Below are positions 38,085 to 47,522 of a stretch of DNA of 61,892 bases, piece after piece. The position numbers and the translations under genes were made by a program. Position 1 is the stretch's first letter. Each line of letters starts with the position of its first letter. The notes below the pieces were generated by a model. That model ran no database searches. It had not been told where the DNA came from and saw only the letters and a list, made by a program, of their open reading frames with translations. The stretch is from a virus (lineage: Duplodnaviria > Caudoviricetes): IMG/VR virus record IMGVR_UViG_3300033741_000103, positions 1 through 61,892 of that record; one strand, written 5' to 3'.

Positions 38085-39654
38085 GCCCGGTTGATGTCGG
38101 CTTGGCTAATTCCATAAATGCCCGGCTTGCGGCGTCCACTTGGTCCTTGAATTTCCCGTTCGGAAAATTCGTCGCCTCATCCAGAAAGTCTTTGTTCCAG
38201 TCGGCTAAGACCATCATCACGTTGCCGACCTCAGCCTGTGCCGATAGCGGGCTTGCCCGCGTTTCTTTGTTACCGTCCTCGGTCGATTTCCGGTAGTTGT
38301 AGCCGGCCGCCGCCTTGACGATCGCGATCGCCCAAGCCTTGCCGCCAGCGCCGGGATCCTGTGGCACTGACCCCATCACCCTACCGCCGTAGCGCTGAAA
38401 GTCCTCAGCTGCAGTTGCTTTGACAAGACGCTCGACACCCGCCGGGCTGAGCTGTTTCCGTATCACGTCGATGAGGACGTATTCGCCTTGTCTGGTCAGG
38501 CCCATAAGAACGCCGACCGTGAAGGCCGCGCCGTCTTTCGCCGTGGCCGCGACATCCCAGCCCCGGACATACCGGACGCAGACAGGTGCGGCCCGGACAG
38601 GTACGAACCAGTCGCGCTGGAACATACCGCCGCCGCGTGGTGCTGGCCGCTGCTGTTGCTGGCCTGCAGCCGCATATTCGCCCATCGCCCTATTGTCTCG
38701 CGCCACGACATCGAGCGGGAAGCGATTGGCAAACAGAAGCTCTTGATCCTCGGTGCGGGGATCCTGCGGGTAGACCTTCTTGAGCGGCTTGTCATCGAGG
38801 ATCTTCGCGATGTCCTCGGGCGGTGGCGCCTCGCCTTCGATATACCACTGCTGGCGGGGCGCGTCGTATTTGCCCAGTACCGCCTCGACCTCCATGAAGC
38901 TCGGCACGATGACGGTATAGCACCGGCGCTCAGGCTCGAACTGCATGGGCAGCATCAGGTGGGTATAGTCCAGATCGCTTGCCAGAATATGACCAGCAAC
39001 ATCGGCCTCGTTGAGGCGCTGCATGATGATGATGATCACAGATTTCTTCGGGTTCACAAGGCGCGACGTCAGCGTTTCCTTGAACACCCGAACAGCTGTG
39101 TCGCGGGTCTTGTCGGACTCGGCACCCTCGGGATTGATAGGGTCGTCCCATGTGACGTAGTGGCCGCGCTTACCCGTCATACCAGCGACGGCGCTCGACT
39201 GTCGAAAGCCGCCGTCACTGTTCTCGAAATTCGTCTTTTCGTTCTGGTCGCTGGTGATCTTGGTCGGCCAGCGTCTCTGATACCAGTCGGACTCGACCAG
39301 CAGGCGAGTGCGCCGGTTGTCCCGCGTTGCAATGCCCTGTTCGTGTGATGCCCCGATATAGCGGATATGCGGGGATTTCGCTGGACCCCAGAGCCATGCC
39401 GGAAAGAAAACCGACGCCGCGCTCGACTTTGATGTGCCGGGCGGGATGTTGATCAACAGCCGGTTAATCTCGCCGGTATGGCAGGCCATGAGATGATCGC
39501 ATGTCGCGTCCATGTGCCAGTTGTGCTGGTACTCCTCGGAGTCGATCGTGGGCCAAGCCATGCTTGTGAAGTCGCTCAGACTGCGGCTGGCAAGCTCCCG
39601 ATCGATATTGAGAAGATCCGTTTCATTCAGCATCGGCCGTGTCGTCAGCTGCAA
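38065..39654 (-). CDS. terL: Terminase large subunit
   Basis: LLINIPPGTSKS, WDDP, IIMQRL, RGWD, FPNGKFKDQVDA. Confidence 0.95.
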   Translation of the reverse strand: MQLTTRPMLNETDLLNIDRELASRSLSDFTSMAWPTIDSEEYQHNWHMDATCDHLMACHTGEINRLLINIPPGTSKSSAASVFFPAWLWGPAKSPHIRYIGASHEQGIATRDNRRTRLLVESDWYQRRWPTKITSDQNEKTNFENSDGGFRQSSAVAGMTGKRGHYVTWDDPINPEGAESDKTRDTAVRVFKETLTSRLVNPKKSVIIIIMQRLNEADVAGHILASDLDYTHLMLPMQFEPERRCYTVIVPSFMEVEAVLGKYDAPRQQWYIEGEAPPPEDIAKILDDKPLKKVYPQDPRTEDQELLFANRFPLDVVARDNRAMGEYAAAGQQQQRPAPRGGGMFQRDWFVPVRAAPVCVRYVRGWDVAATAKDGAAFTVGVLMGLTRQGEYVLIDVIRKQLSPAGVERLVKATAAEDFQRYGGRVMGSVPQDPGAGGKAWAIAIVKAAAGYNYRKSTEDGNKETRASPLSAQAEVGNVMMVLADWNKDFLDEATNFPNGKFKDQVDAASRAFMELAKPTSTGLVGKQK

Positions 39655-40039
39655 TGGCCGCTTCGCGAAGCTCGCGCAGTGCCTGCGTGCTCAGCTTGCT
39701 GGTGTCGATCGTCTGCTGCTCGACCTTTATAGCGCCGCCGCCGGGCCCGGTCAGCTCGCGCCCTTCGATATAGCCGCGATCCTTGGCCTGCGTCTTGAGG
39801 TAGAAGATCACCGACGTCATGTTGCCGTCCCGGATCCCCTTGAGCAGTTTAGTTTCTGCCAGATCGATGTTCGACTCCCTGATCTCGAGTAGAGCGGCTT
39901 TGATCTCAGGTTCCCGCGCGATGTAGTTACGGATCGTCATGCTGGTACAGCCCAGCTTGAGCGCGGCAGCCGTGAGAATACCAGCGGAGCTTGTCAGCGC
40001 GCTGATCACTTGGCTGTTCGTAAAATCAGGGGTTCTCAT
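39623..40039 (-). CDS. terS: Terminase small subunit
   Basis: N-terminal HTH; IFYLKT, ELTGPGGGAI; upstream of terL. Confidence 0.8.
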   Translation of the reverse strand: MRTPDFTNSQVISALTSSAGILTAAALKLGCTSMTIRNYIAREPEIKAALLEIRESNIDLAETKLLKGIRDGNMTSVIFYLKTQAKDRGYIEGRELTGPGGGAIKVEQQTIDTSKLSTQALRELREAAIAADDTADAE

Positions 40040-40829
40040 CGGCTTCCGCCTCCGTAACTTCTAAACTCTTGATATGGGCAAGGGCGAGCTGGCTCATCAC
40101 CAGTAGCGCCACGCCGTCGTTGCCGATCTTCTCGGCTTCCTTGACAGCAAAGATGCCCTCAAAGAACGCCCGATAATCGCGAAACTTGGCCCAGAACACC
40201 GGATGACGCTCGGCCTTGGCCTTGAGCTTCACGATGTTGTCCTGAAACTCGGTCAGATCCTCGGGCAGGAACGCCACCATGATGTCCTCGTATGCCGGCA
40301 GGCCGACGCCCAGCTTGACCAAGTCTGGATCCTCGAGCACGCCAAGATCTTCGTCGGTCAGACCCGAGTAGCGCTGTTCCAGCATCTCCAGCCCGTCATA
40401 CAGCTCGCGCAGCACGTTCGGGTCATCCTCGCCGTTCAGCGCATTGTGGGACAGTTGCAGGCCGACCATGCGGCTATCCGACAGATCCCCGGCAATCTCG
40501 ATAATCGGGATCGATGTCAGGCCCGCGGCTAAGCTGGCCTTAACCCGGTGGTTGCCCGAGATCACGATTTTCTTGCCCTCACGCACCGCGACCAGTGGCG
40601 CCGACGTCAGGCAGCCGTCGCGGGTAATGTTGTCGACCAGCTGTTTGAACACCCGCTCGGACATGAAATGCGCGTTCTTCTCGAGAAGCGTCAGCGCCTT
40701 CGGATCTGCGGTGGTGTTGGTGGTCGTGAAAGTGTCGGTTGGCTTGGGTGGGACAGCGACGACATCAGGGGCGGGCGCTTTGGGCTTCTTGTCCTTGGGC
40801 GCGGTCTTTTTGGTGGGTGGTTTCGTCAT
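40026..40829 (-). CDS. ParB/Srx N-terminal-domain protein
   Basis: KNAHFM, VISGNHRVKA, QLSHNALNGEDD. Confidence 0.8.
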   Translation of the reverse strand: MTKPPTKKTAPKDKKPKAPAPDVVAVPPKPTDTFTTTNTTADPKALTLLEKNAHFMSERVFKQLVDNITRDGCLTSAPLVAVREGKKIVISGNHRVKASLAAGLTSIPIIEIAGDLSDSRMVGLQLSHNALNGEDDPNVLRELYDGLEMLEQRYSGLTDEDLGVLEDPDLVKLGVGLPAYEDIMVAFLPEDLTEFQDNIVKLKAKAERHPVFWAKFRDYRAFFEGIFAVKEAEKIGNDGVALLVMSQLALAHIKSLEVTEAEADENP

Positions 40830-42235
40830 TTTGCATAGCTCGTTTTTACTGTGCGGTTTCGATCATCCTTGAAGCTCTTGCTAAACCATTCGTCATAGAT
40901 GGCCTGCGGTGAGCGGTCATCCCTCATCCCAGCATAGTTGATGATGAACTTGGCCCCGGACCGCTCGCCAGCGGCCGCCTCTTTGCGGGTGATGATCTTG
41001 TATATGCCTCGATATTTCATCGAAACAGGGTGGTTGCTTCGGACTGTGGTTAGGACGGCCTTGCACTCGGCATGTTTCAAAAGCCGGTTCTCAGCGTAAT
41101 GCAGCACATCCCCACTCTTTGCCAGCATTGCGATCAGCTTGGACACGCGGCCAAATCGGGTCGTGGCCGTGTCGGATAGCAGGTAAAGGCTTTCGAGCCG
41201 ATCGATGTCGCCGACCTTCGCCTTGGATGCGCTATAGGTCAGGATCCCCGCCAGCATGTCGTCAGCGTAGATCAGGAAGTTGACGGGCCCGGATGTCCAA
41301 GGGATGTTTTCTTGGAGGTAGAGCGTCTTGATATAGTCGGCATATCCAGCCTTGCAGCTGAACACTTCGATTTTCGTGTCCTTGCTCAGGTTGTCGATGT
41401 CGACGCCCTTGAACTCGAACGGGGTGCCGGATCCGCTCAGGCTACGGTTCACGACGCTGCTGACCTTCTTGCGGTTCGCATAAACGTAGAACGGTGGCTT
41501 CATGCCCAGCCGGTGATAGGCGATCATGTTGCGGTCTGGCAGCTCATCCTTGTAGACGGCGACGTAGTTGCAGCCGCTCGCGTCCATCTTGTCGATCAGC
41601 TCGGGAAACTGGTCGGGGCTCCACAGCTTATAGCTCGGATCCTCCCATTCGATATTTTCCTCGATGAACTTGAACCAGCGCTCATACCAGCCTTGGATGA
41701 ACGGCGCCGAGATGATCAGGGCCGCGCCCTCCTCAATCCCCTTATCGAGATGGTCGATAAAGTCGCCGCTGTAGTAGCCAGACAGATCCATCTGGGCGGC
41801 AAGGTGGTCAACCTGCAGCCCGAGCTTCTGGACGTACTGATCAAACCGGGCCTCGTAATAGCGCCAGTGGCGCAGGTTGTAGTCGTTTTCTGTCCGGTAG
41901 ACCCGGCCCAGATAGAGGCAAAGCAGCATGGCCGCGATCCGGTCGCGGTAGGATGCACCGACAAGCCAGCCCTCCCAATGCGCCACGCGGCCCTTGAATG
42001 TGAACGGCACAGGCTCATCCATCTGGTAGCCGGCGATCGCCGCGCTCATCAGGGACACGTCATTGCCATAGAAACGAGCCGTTGGGTTAATCAGCTTGAA
42101 CGCGCGCTCGAAACTGAAAAGCCCGGAGCAGCCGACATAGACTTTGTCCCAGCTCTCGCTGTCGGTCGCCCGCAGGATCTGCTGCATACAGACGTTTGGA
42201 ATCGAGCCGTTAAAAATCTCGTGAGAGACAAACAT
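40826..42235 (-). CDS. Putative DNA-modification protein: degenerate adenine-MTase-like N-domain plus GNAT/Mom-like C-domain
   Basis: VYVGCSG, GNDVS, ISAPF in place of DPPY; FLIYADDMLAG...YLLSD...SKLIAML...SMKYRG. Confidence 0.6.
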   Translation of the reverse strand: MFVSHEIFNGSIPNVCMQQILRATDSESWDKVYVGCSGLFSFERAFKLINPTARFYGNDVSLMSAAIAGYQMDEPVPFTFKGRVAHWEGWLVGASYRDRIAAMLLCLYLGRVYRTENDYNLRHWRYYEARFDQYVQKLGLQVDHLAAQMDLSGYYSGDFIDHLDKGIEEGAALIISAPFIQGWYERWFKFIEENIEWEDPSYKLWSPDQFPELIDKMDASGCNYVAVYKDELPDRNMIAYHRLGMKPPFYVYANRKKVSSVVNRSLSGSGTPFEFKGVDIDNLSKDTKIEVFSCKAGYADYIKTLYLQENIPWTSGPVNFLIYADDMLAGILTYSASKAKVGDIDRLESLYLLSDTATTRFGRVSKLIAMLAKSGDVLHYAENRLLKHAECKAVLTTVRSNHPVSMKYRGIYKIITRKEAAAGERSGAKFIINYAGMRDDRSPQAIYDEWFSKSFKDDRNRTVKTSYAK

Positions 42236-42333
42236 TTGGTTTCACCTTTTATCGTCAAAGAAAGCAAGCAAGCGGATTAGCGCAGTTTCCAGTGTAATCC
42301 AAACTTTCTGGCTGGTTTCGGTGTCGCTTTTAC

Positions 42334-42362
42334 TTGTCCAGTCTCGCTATCCGCGATATGTA
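42334..42362 (+). promoter_or_regulatory. Promoter with operator (no hairpin)
   Basis: TTGTCC-17-TATGTA; TCGCTATCCGCGA at 42344. Confidence 0.75.
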
Positions 42363-42391
42363 TACGTCACACCATCAATCAGGAGACGGTA

Positions 42392-42796
42392 ATGAAGATC
42401 TATACGAGCAGCTGGAAAGAGTATCAGGGACTTGGTCGCATTGGCATTTGCCAAGGGCGGCCTCGCGGCGCACCGGCAGGGTATCGCATGTATAAGGCTC
42501 TGGCGCCTTCATGGGACATCATCAAGACATCGGACAGTATCGAGGAGTACGAGCCTCGGTATTATGCGGAGGTTCTGGACTTACTGGATCCGCACAAGGT
42601 TCTTGAGGACATCACCAAGCTGGCTGCGGGCAATCCGCCTGTCCTGCTGTGCTTTGAGACTACCCCACTGCACCGGGACAATTTCTGCCACCGGACGATG
42701 GCGGGCGCATGGCTTCGCGACAAGCTGGGCGTTGTGGTTGAGGAGTGGAGCGGGGCTAAGGAATCGAACCCGAGACAGACAACACTGGTCGTGTAG
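42392..42796 (+). CDS. DUF488-family protein
   Basis: IYTS, LAPSW, VLLCFE, FCHR. Confidence 0.75.
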   Translation: MKIYTSSWKEYQGLGRIGICQGRPRGAPAGYRMYKALAPSWDIIKTSDSIEEYEPRYYAEVLDLLDPHKVLEDITKLAAGNPPVLLCFETTPLHRDNFCHRTMAGAWLRDKLGVVVEEWSGAKESNPRQTTLVV

Positions 42797-42798
42797 CT

Positions 42799-43044
42799 GT
42801 GAACATCCCCCGCACTGATCCCCTCATAACCAAGTCAGACGCTGTCCGTCAACTGCTACGCGATAAGCAAGACATTGATGCCCTTCGGATTGCCAAGGGC
42901 TTCCGCTGGCTTGGCGATCATAAGGTGACGATCCAGCGCGGGTGGGATGCCCATCAAAATCCGCGGTTCGCGCGCGGCCTTGGTAAGGATCCCGATCAAT
43001 TACTGGGGGCGGCTCTGGTCGCCCTCAGATCCCTTTACGGGTAA
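42799..43044 (+). CDS. Hypothetical protein
   Basis: ORF in operon. Confidence 0.6.
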   Translation: MNIPRTDPLITKSDAVRQLLRDKQDIDALRIAKGFRWLGDHKVTIQRGWDAHQNPRFARGLGKDPDQLLGAALVALRSLYG

Positions 43045-43070
43045 CGCTTCGACTTGGTGCTGATTTGCAC

Positions 43071-43132
43071 TTGTCAGACATCGCTAATTGCGACAAGTAT
43101 TGGTTATCGGGCAATGGAGCCCATCGAAAGGA
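43071..43132 (+). promoter_or_regulatory. Promoter-operator-hairpin-RBS cassette
   Basis: TTGTCA, TCGCTAATTGCGA (43081), GGGCAATGGAGCCC (43109), GAAAGGA. Confidence 0.8.
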
Positions 43133-43139
43133 CAACCCA

Positions 43140-43295
43140 ATGACCCCCAGCGAAACAAAGCGCCACTATGACCGGATCCAGCGGAAAGTAGCTGATCTAT
43201 CAAAGCAGGCCAAAGCCGAGGGTTGGGCGATCCTTGATCCCCGCAACCGCGAGCTAACCAGCCTGCGCACTGAACTTGCTGAATTGGAGAAGTAA
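43140..43295 (+). CDS. Small hypothetical protein
   Basis: ATG after the cassette RBS. Confidence 0.65.
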   Translation: MTPSETKRHYDRIQRKVADLSKQAKAEGWAILDPRNRELTSLRTELAELEK

Positions 43296-43364
43296 ATCAC
43301 CAGCGGGGCAACGAGCTGCCCGCGACTACCCCGCTGGTTCCACATGACACCCTTGGAAGGAACC

Positions 43365-44240
43365 ATGATGCTGAAAAACATATCGCTAGATCTGATCACC
43401 CGCAACCCGGATCAGCCCCGGCAGAGCTTCGACCAGCGTGCGCTGGGTGAGCTGGCCGCATCCATCGAAGAAAACGGATTGCAGCAACCGATCACGGTGC
43501 GGCCGATCGAGCCGGATGCCGATGGGCACACGTTCATGGTCATCGCTGGCGAGCGCCGATTCCGCGCGCATAAGCTACTGGCCGAAAGCGGCAAGGCTGA
43601 AACCGTCCTCTGCCACGTCCGAAAGATGGACGACCGAACGATGCACGTCCAAGCCATCCTCGAGAACCTGCAGCGATCTGAGGTTGCCCCGATGGAGGAA
43701 GCCGTTGCCTACCAGCGCATGATCGATGATTACGACTTCACCCCGGCAACGCTGGCGAAGCAGCTGGGGATCTCGCAAGTCTGGCGGATCACCGACCGGA
43801 CGGCGCTGCTCGGCCTGACGCCTGACAATCGCGGCCTGATCGCCCAAGGGATCATCACCCTCACGCAGGCGTTCCATATGGCGCGGCTCAGCCCGAACGG
43901 GCAACAGAAATTCCTGAAACTCTGCACGACCGGCCTAGCATCCACGAATAAGGCAGCTGCGGAAGCGGCCGACGCCATCGCGGCGCAGGAAGCCCAGATT
44001 GAGATGCCGATGGTGACACAGATGCCCAAGCGCGCCTCGATCAAGTCGGTCGAGGATCAGATCGACAAGCTGGGGGCCGCACTCCAGCCGATGTTTAAGG
44101 ATGGGCCTTACCGGGTCGAAAGCCCGATCGTTCCATCTGAGGCCCAGCGCTGCATTGAAAAGATCAAGTTGCTGCGCAAGAACCTCGGCCAGATCGAAAG
44201 CGAGTTGAACCGGGCGGCGACTGTTTCTGCGGCCGCATAA
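43365..44240 (+). CDS. parB: ParB/RepB/Spo0J-family protein
   Basis: NPDQPRQSF, GLQQPITVR, IAGERRFRA, ENLQR, HTH. Confidence 0.9.
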   Translation: MMLKNISLDLITRNPDQPRQSFDQRALGELAASIEENGLQQPITVRPIEPDADGHTFMVIAGERRFRAHKLLAESGKAETVLCHVRKMDDRTMHVQAILENLQRSEVAPMEEAVAYQRMIDDYDFTPATLAKQLGISQVWRITDRTALLGLTPDNRGLIAQGIITLTQAFHMARLSPNGQQKFLKLCTTGLASTNKAAAEAADAIAAQEAQIEMPMVTQMPKRASIKSVEDQIDKLGAALQPMFKDGPYRVESPIVPSEAQRCIEKIKLLRKNLGQIESELNRAATVSAAA

Positions 44241-44243
44241 AAG

Positions 44244-44271
44244 TAGGCCGGCCCATTTCAGGACCGGCCTA
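44244..44271. terminator. Hairpin after parB
   Basis: TAGGCCGG/CCGGCCTA. Confidence 0.5.
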
Positions 44272-44428
44272 TCAGGAAGTTATCAAAGGGAAGATCAGCG
44301 AGCTCGCCGCCACAGAGAGCGCGCCTCCTGTAACCTGTCAATATACGCTGCGATTGTCAATAATGGTGACGACGGCGATTCGGCGATCATTGGATTGCGA
44401 TAAATACATGGGATTGCTGCATTTTATC

Positions 44429-44491
44429 TTGCAATACCTCGCGCTAACCGATATACAGATTGTAGGGCAACGAAGCCCGGACGCGAAAGGA
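44429..44491 (+). promoter_or_regulatory. Promoter-operator-hairpin-RBS cassette
   Basis: TTGCAA, TCGCGCTAACCGA (44439), TATACA, GGGCAACGAAGCCC (44465), GAAAGGA. Confidence 0.8.
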
Positions 44492-44497
44492 CGAAAA

Positions 44498-44740
44498 ATG
44501 GACACTCAGAAATTCATCCAGCAAGCCGGCGATTATGAGGGAACACCCAATCGCATCGCAAAGCACGTCGACGGTTGTGGCGAAACGCACGTCATCATCG
44601 AAATGATCCTGAAAGGTGGTGGAAAGCATTACCTCGACTGGATTGGCGGTGAGTATGCGCCCGAGCCTGACGAGTGCGGTGATGAGGTTCCCTTTTCTGG
44701 CCTACGTTGGGGCAAAGTCGTAGTGGGGTCGCCGAAATGA
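44498..44740 (+). CDS. Small hypothetical protein
   Basis: ATG after the cassette RBS. Confidence 0.65.
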   Translation: MDTQKFIQQAGDYEGTPNRIAKHVDGCGETHVIIEMILKGGGKHYLDWIGGEYAPEPDECGDEVPFSGLRWGKVVVGSPK

Positions 44741-44886
44741 CCCCCACCCTCAAGCCTCAAGCCATCGCGGCCCGCGCATATGTGCAAGCTCTGCACGACC
44801 ACCGGGACGGCAAGATCTCAACCGCTGAGAAAGACGCTCTCGGCGATCGCCTGAACGCAGCCATCGAGGAGCACGGAAAGCCATGA
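44737..44886 (+). CDS. Small hypothetical protein
   Basis: ATGA overlaps on both sides. Confidence 0.55.
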   Translation: MTPTLKPQAIAARAYVQALHDHRDGKISTAEKDALGDRLNAAIEEHGKP

Positions 44887-45089
44887 ATTACGCCAGATTT
44901 AAAATCGCTCGGGCGCAGCTGACCGAAAACTACTTTGCGCCAGTGCCGTCCCAATTCCAGATCATGCCCCGCGCAATAGAGCGCGCTGGCGAGGACGGTG
45001 AGGGGTTCTCGATCATCGGGTACACTCGCGCCCTTGCCGACGATTGCCTTGCGATCACCGGCTGCATCGATGGGGGGCGGGTCGCATGA
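44883..45089 (+). CDS. Small hypothetical protein
   Basis: ATGA overlap. Confidence 0.55.
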   Translation: MNYARFKIARAQLTENYFAPVPSQFQIMPRAIERAGEDGEGFSIIGYTRALADDCLAITGCIDGGRVA

Positions 45090-45178
45090 AGGGCCGGATC
45101 CGCATGGCGCTGGGCAACACTGTTGGCGCCCTCGCACTTTTCGCAATCCTCTGGGGGCTGCTCGCCCTCGCTGGTTAA
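45086..45178 (+). CDS. Small membrane peptide (30 aa)
   Basis: ATGA overlap; ALALFAILWGLLALA. Confidence 0.45.
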   Translation: MKGRIRMALGNTVGALALFAILWGLLALAG

Positions 45179-45202
45179 ACCGACACTCGAAAGGAAAACC
45201 CG

Positions 45203-45436
45203 ATGTCGAACCCATATCAAACCAAGATTGGCACGCCCGGATCCGATGGGCCCGCCTTCCCAGCCACAGAAGCCGGCGATGATGTCAGCATCTTCGCGGC
45301 CCCGGCGCATTGGGGGCAAGATCCCAGCGTGTCGATCGTGGTCAACCTGAACGCGGCATCGATGACACCGCGCGAGGCCCGCCAGCTGGCGATCGCACTC
45401 CTGCAGCACGCAGACAGTGCCGAAAACGCAGCATGA
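45203..45436 (+). CDS. Small hypothetical protein
   Basis: GAAAGGA RBS. Confidence 0.65.
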   Translation: MSNPYQTKIGTPGSDGPAFPATEAGDDVSIFAAPAHWGQDPSVSIVVNLNAASMTPREARQLAIALLQHADSAENAA

Positions 45437-45615
45437 AGCCAGTCACCCTCACATTGCAGGATGACGAAGCCAAAGCCATCCGGGCCGCGCTGCAAGCCGT
45501 GCTGCGCGATCCGCAAGCTACCAACCTGATCTATGCGACCAAAGCTCAGGCGCGCTCGGCGCGTCGGGCAGCTAAGAAAATCGAATGGGCATCCCAGAAA
45601 GGGCCGAGCCAATGA
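45433..45615 (+). CDS. Small hypothetical protein
   Basis: ATGA overlap. Confidence 0.55.
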   Translation: MKPVTLTLQDDEAKAIRAALQAVLRDPQATNLIYATKAQARSARRAAKKIEWASQKGPSQ

Positions 45616-45821
45616 AAAAGCCGAAAATCATAAACCCCTGCGCTGACGACAGAAACGCCGGGTCGGGTGAGAAGATCATCGAAATCACGTTTCCAGACGG
45701 GACGTCATGCCTGATCTCGATCCGCGAGCTTATGGGGATCCGGTCGGTCGAAATCTACCAAGCCAACGCAGACGTAACCGTTCGCGCCGATGGCGACGAA
45801 ATCGAATTGAAGGGAGAATGA
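45612..45821 (+). CDS. Small hypothetical protein
   Basis: ATGA overlap. Confidence 0.55.
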   Translation: MKKPKIINPCADDRNAGSGEKIIEITFPDGTSCLISIRELMGIRSVEIYQANADVTVRADGDEIELKGE

Positions 45822-46576
45822 CGATGAGCAACCTACCAACACATGAGGCTGAGCAAGCCGCGATCACAGCGGAGTGCGAGCTCGGAATCTGCGACCATCC
45901 CGCGTGCCAAGAGGATGACGCCGACGACCAATGCCGAACCTGCGGCGTCTGGTATCAAAGCGCCGGCGATGGATGGGACGGCGAGTGCCCGGACTGCGCG
46001 GATAAGGCCGACACGTCCTATCTCGATGAGCTGGTCGATCGCTGCGCACCGCGCTGGTCGTGGGAAATCATCGACGAGATCATCGAGAGCGCAGGCTCAA
46101 ATCTGGATAGCGATGGAGATCTGATCGTGCCCGGTGATTACGACGGTGGCAACGCGGTCGCGGATCTGGTCGCCGCTGGACGCGCGATGGGCCTTGCCTG
46201 CGAGCTGGCAAATGATCAGCCCATCAGCCGGCGTGAAATCGACGCCCTGATCAATCCGGTCGTTGAAGCCGAGATCGTCGCCACTCCAGCTTTAAGCGCG
46301 GCCGAGCTTGCCACCATCCTCGCCGCCCTGCGCTACATGCAGAACGACATCGCCGATGAAGGGGATCTGTGGGAGCCGGGCGACATCGCAACGAATTGCG
46401 GGACCGTTGAGGCTCTGGGGGCCGATGAGATCGATGATCTGTGCGAGCGCCTGAACATGGGGCCGGAACCCGAGCCGAAAACCTACATCCACCCGGAGAG
46501 CTTTTGCCCCTCCAACCACTACAACCCCGGCGACGACATTTGCGCCGATTGCGGAAAGGATTTGAACGATGGCTGA
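45818..46576 (+). CDS. Acidic Cys-rich hypothetical protein
   Basis: Several CxxC motifs; GGAG RBS. Confidence 0.65.
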   Translation: MTMSNLPTHEAEQAAITAECELGICDHPACQEDDADDQCRTCGVWYQSAGDGWDGECPDCADKADTSYLDELVDRCAPRWSWEIIDEIIESAGSNLDSDGDLIVPGDYDGGNAVADLVAAGRAMGLACELANDQPISRREIDALINPVVEAEIVATPALSAAELATILAALRYMQNDIADEGDLWEPGDIATNCGTVEALGADEIDDLCERLNMGPEPEPKTYIHPESFCPSNHYNPGDDICADCGKDLNDG

Positions 46577-46793
46577 TTTTGAAATCGTGTTCTGGGAACA
46601 GCGGCGCATCGCGATCAAGGTGACGGCTGATAACGCCAAAGCCGCTCGGGATGAAGCTGAGGCGATCTGGGACTGCTCCAGCGAGGAGGACATGGAGACG
46701 CTGCCGGATTTCACCGTCGATAATCACGACATAAAATCAACTCAGGTCTACGCGATTGTCGACGGCCAAGGAACGGAGGTTCACGATGAATAG
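46569..46793 (+). CDS. Small acidic protein
   Basis: AAAGGA RBS. Confidence 0.6.
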   Translation: MADFEIVFWEQRRIAIKVTADNAKAARDEAEAIWDCSSEEDMETLPDFTVDNHDIKSTQVYAIVDGQGTEVHDE

Positions 46794-47085
46794 TCCCAGC
46801 CTCGAGCAGATGTCTAAGGTGATCCGCGGGATTACCGACGCCACCCGCGCGCCACAGCCGCGCACCAACGCCCACCGCGCCAATGAGGCCGGTGTGTTGA
46901 TGGATGCCATGTGGGTGATGACCGGCGTGGATCCAGACCCGGAAGCCGATGGGCCTCAGACAGCCCTGACCGACGTGCTGGCGCATCTCATGCACTACGC
47001 CGACGCGCACGGCATCGATTTTGACATCTGCGCTACCGGCGCGGCTGGACATTACAGGGATGAAACAGAGGAGGCGGGACAGTGA
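46786..47085 (+). CDS. Small all-alpha protein (MazG-like helical motif, tentative)
   Basis: TDVLAHLMHYADAHGIDF; GGAGG RBS. Confidence 0.5.
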   Translation: MNSPSLEQMSKVIRGITDATRAPQPRTNAHRANEAGVLMDAMWVMTGVDPDPEADGPQTALTDVLAHLMHYADAHGIDFDICATGAAGHYRDETEEAGQ

Positions 47086-47432
47086 CGGACGGTCAGAACG
47101 GCACGAAAGTAACTAGCATGAAAACCATGACACCCGAAAGCCGGTTTGAAAGTGACGGGCTGGCGTGGCGCATCCATTTCCCAAACCTTCTAAAGGAGAT
47201 CTTGGTGAATGATGGCTGCAAGGCATTGGCGGTCCCCCTGAACATTATAGGGCAGACCCTCCACGATCTGGCTGAGTTGGCGATTGAGATAGACGACCCG
47301 CGCTTGCACCTGATGATGTTCGACATGACCCTGTATGACGTCGCGGATCTGGATAAGACCGATAGGGAGGAGTCAGCGCGCACCCGCAAAAGACTGGTGG
47401 AGCAATGTGAGGCCATGAAGGCCGCAAAATAA
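47082..47432 (+). CDS. Hypothetical protein
   Basis: GTGA overlap; GGAGG RBS. Confidence 0.6.
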   Translation: MTDGQNGTKVTSMKTMTPESRFESDGLAWRIHFPNLLKEILVNDGCKALAVPLNIIGQTLHDLAELAIEIDDPRLHLMMFDMTLYDVADLDKTDREESARTRKRLVEQCEAMKAAK

Positions 47433-47452
47433 CGCTTTTGATGCTTCAAATG

Positions 47453-47516
47453 TTTACAACCCTCGCTACTTGCGATATACAGAGGTTAGGCAATGAAGCC
47501 TGAAACTCGGAAAGGA
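47453..47516 (+). promoter_or_regulatory. Promoter-operator-hairpin-RBS cassette
   Basis: TTTACA, TCGCTACTTGCGA (47463), TATACA, AGGCAATGAAGCCT (47488), GAAAGGA. Confidence 0.8.
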
Positions 47517-47522
47517 CGAAAG

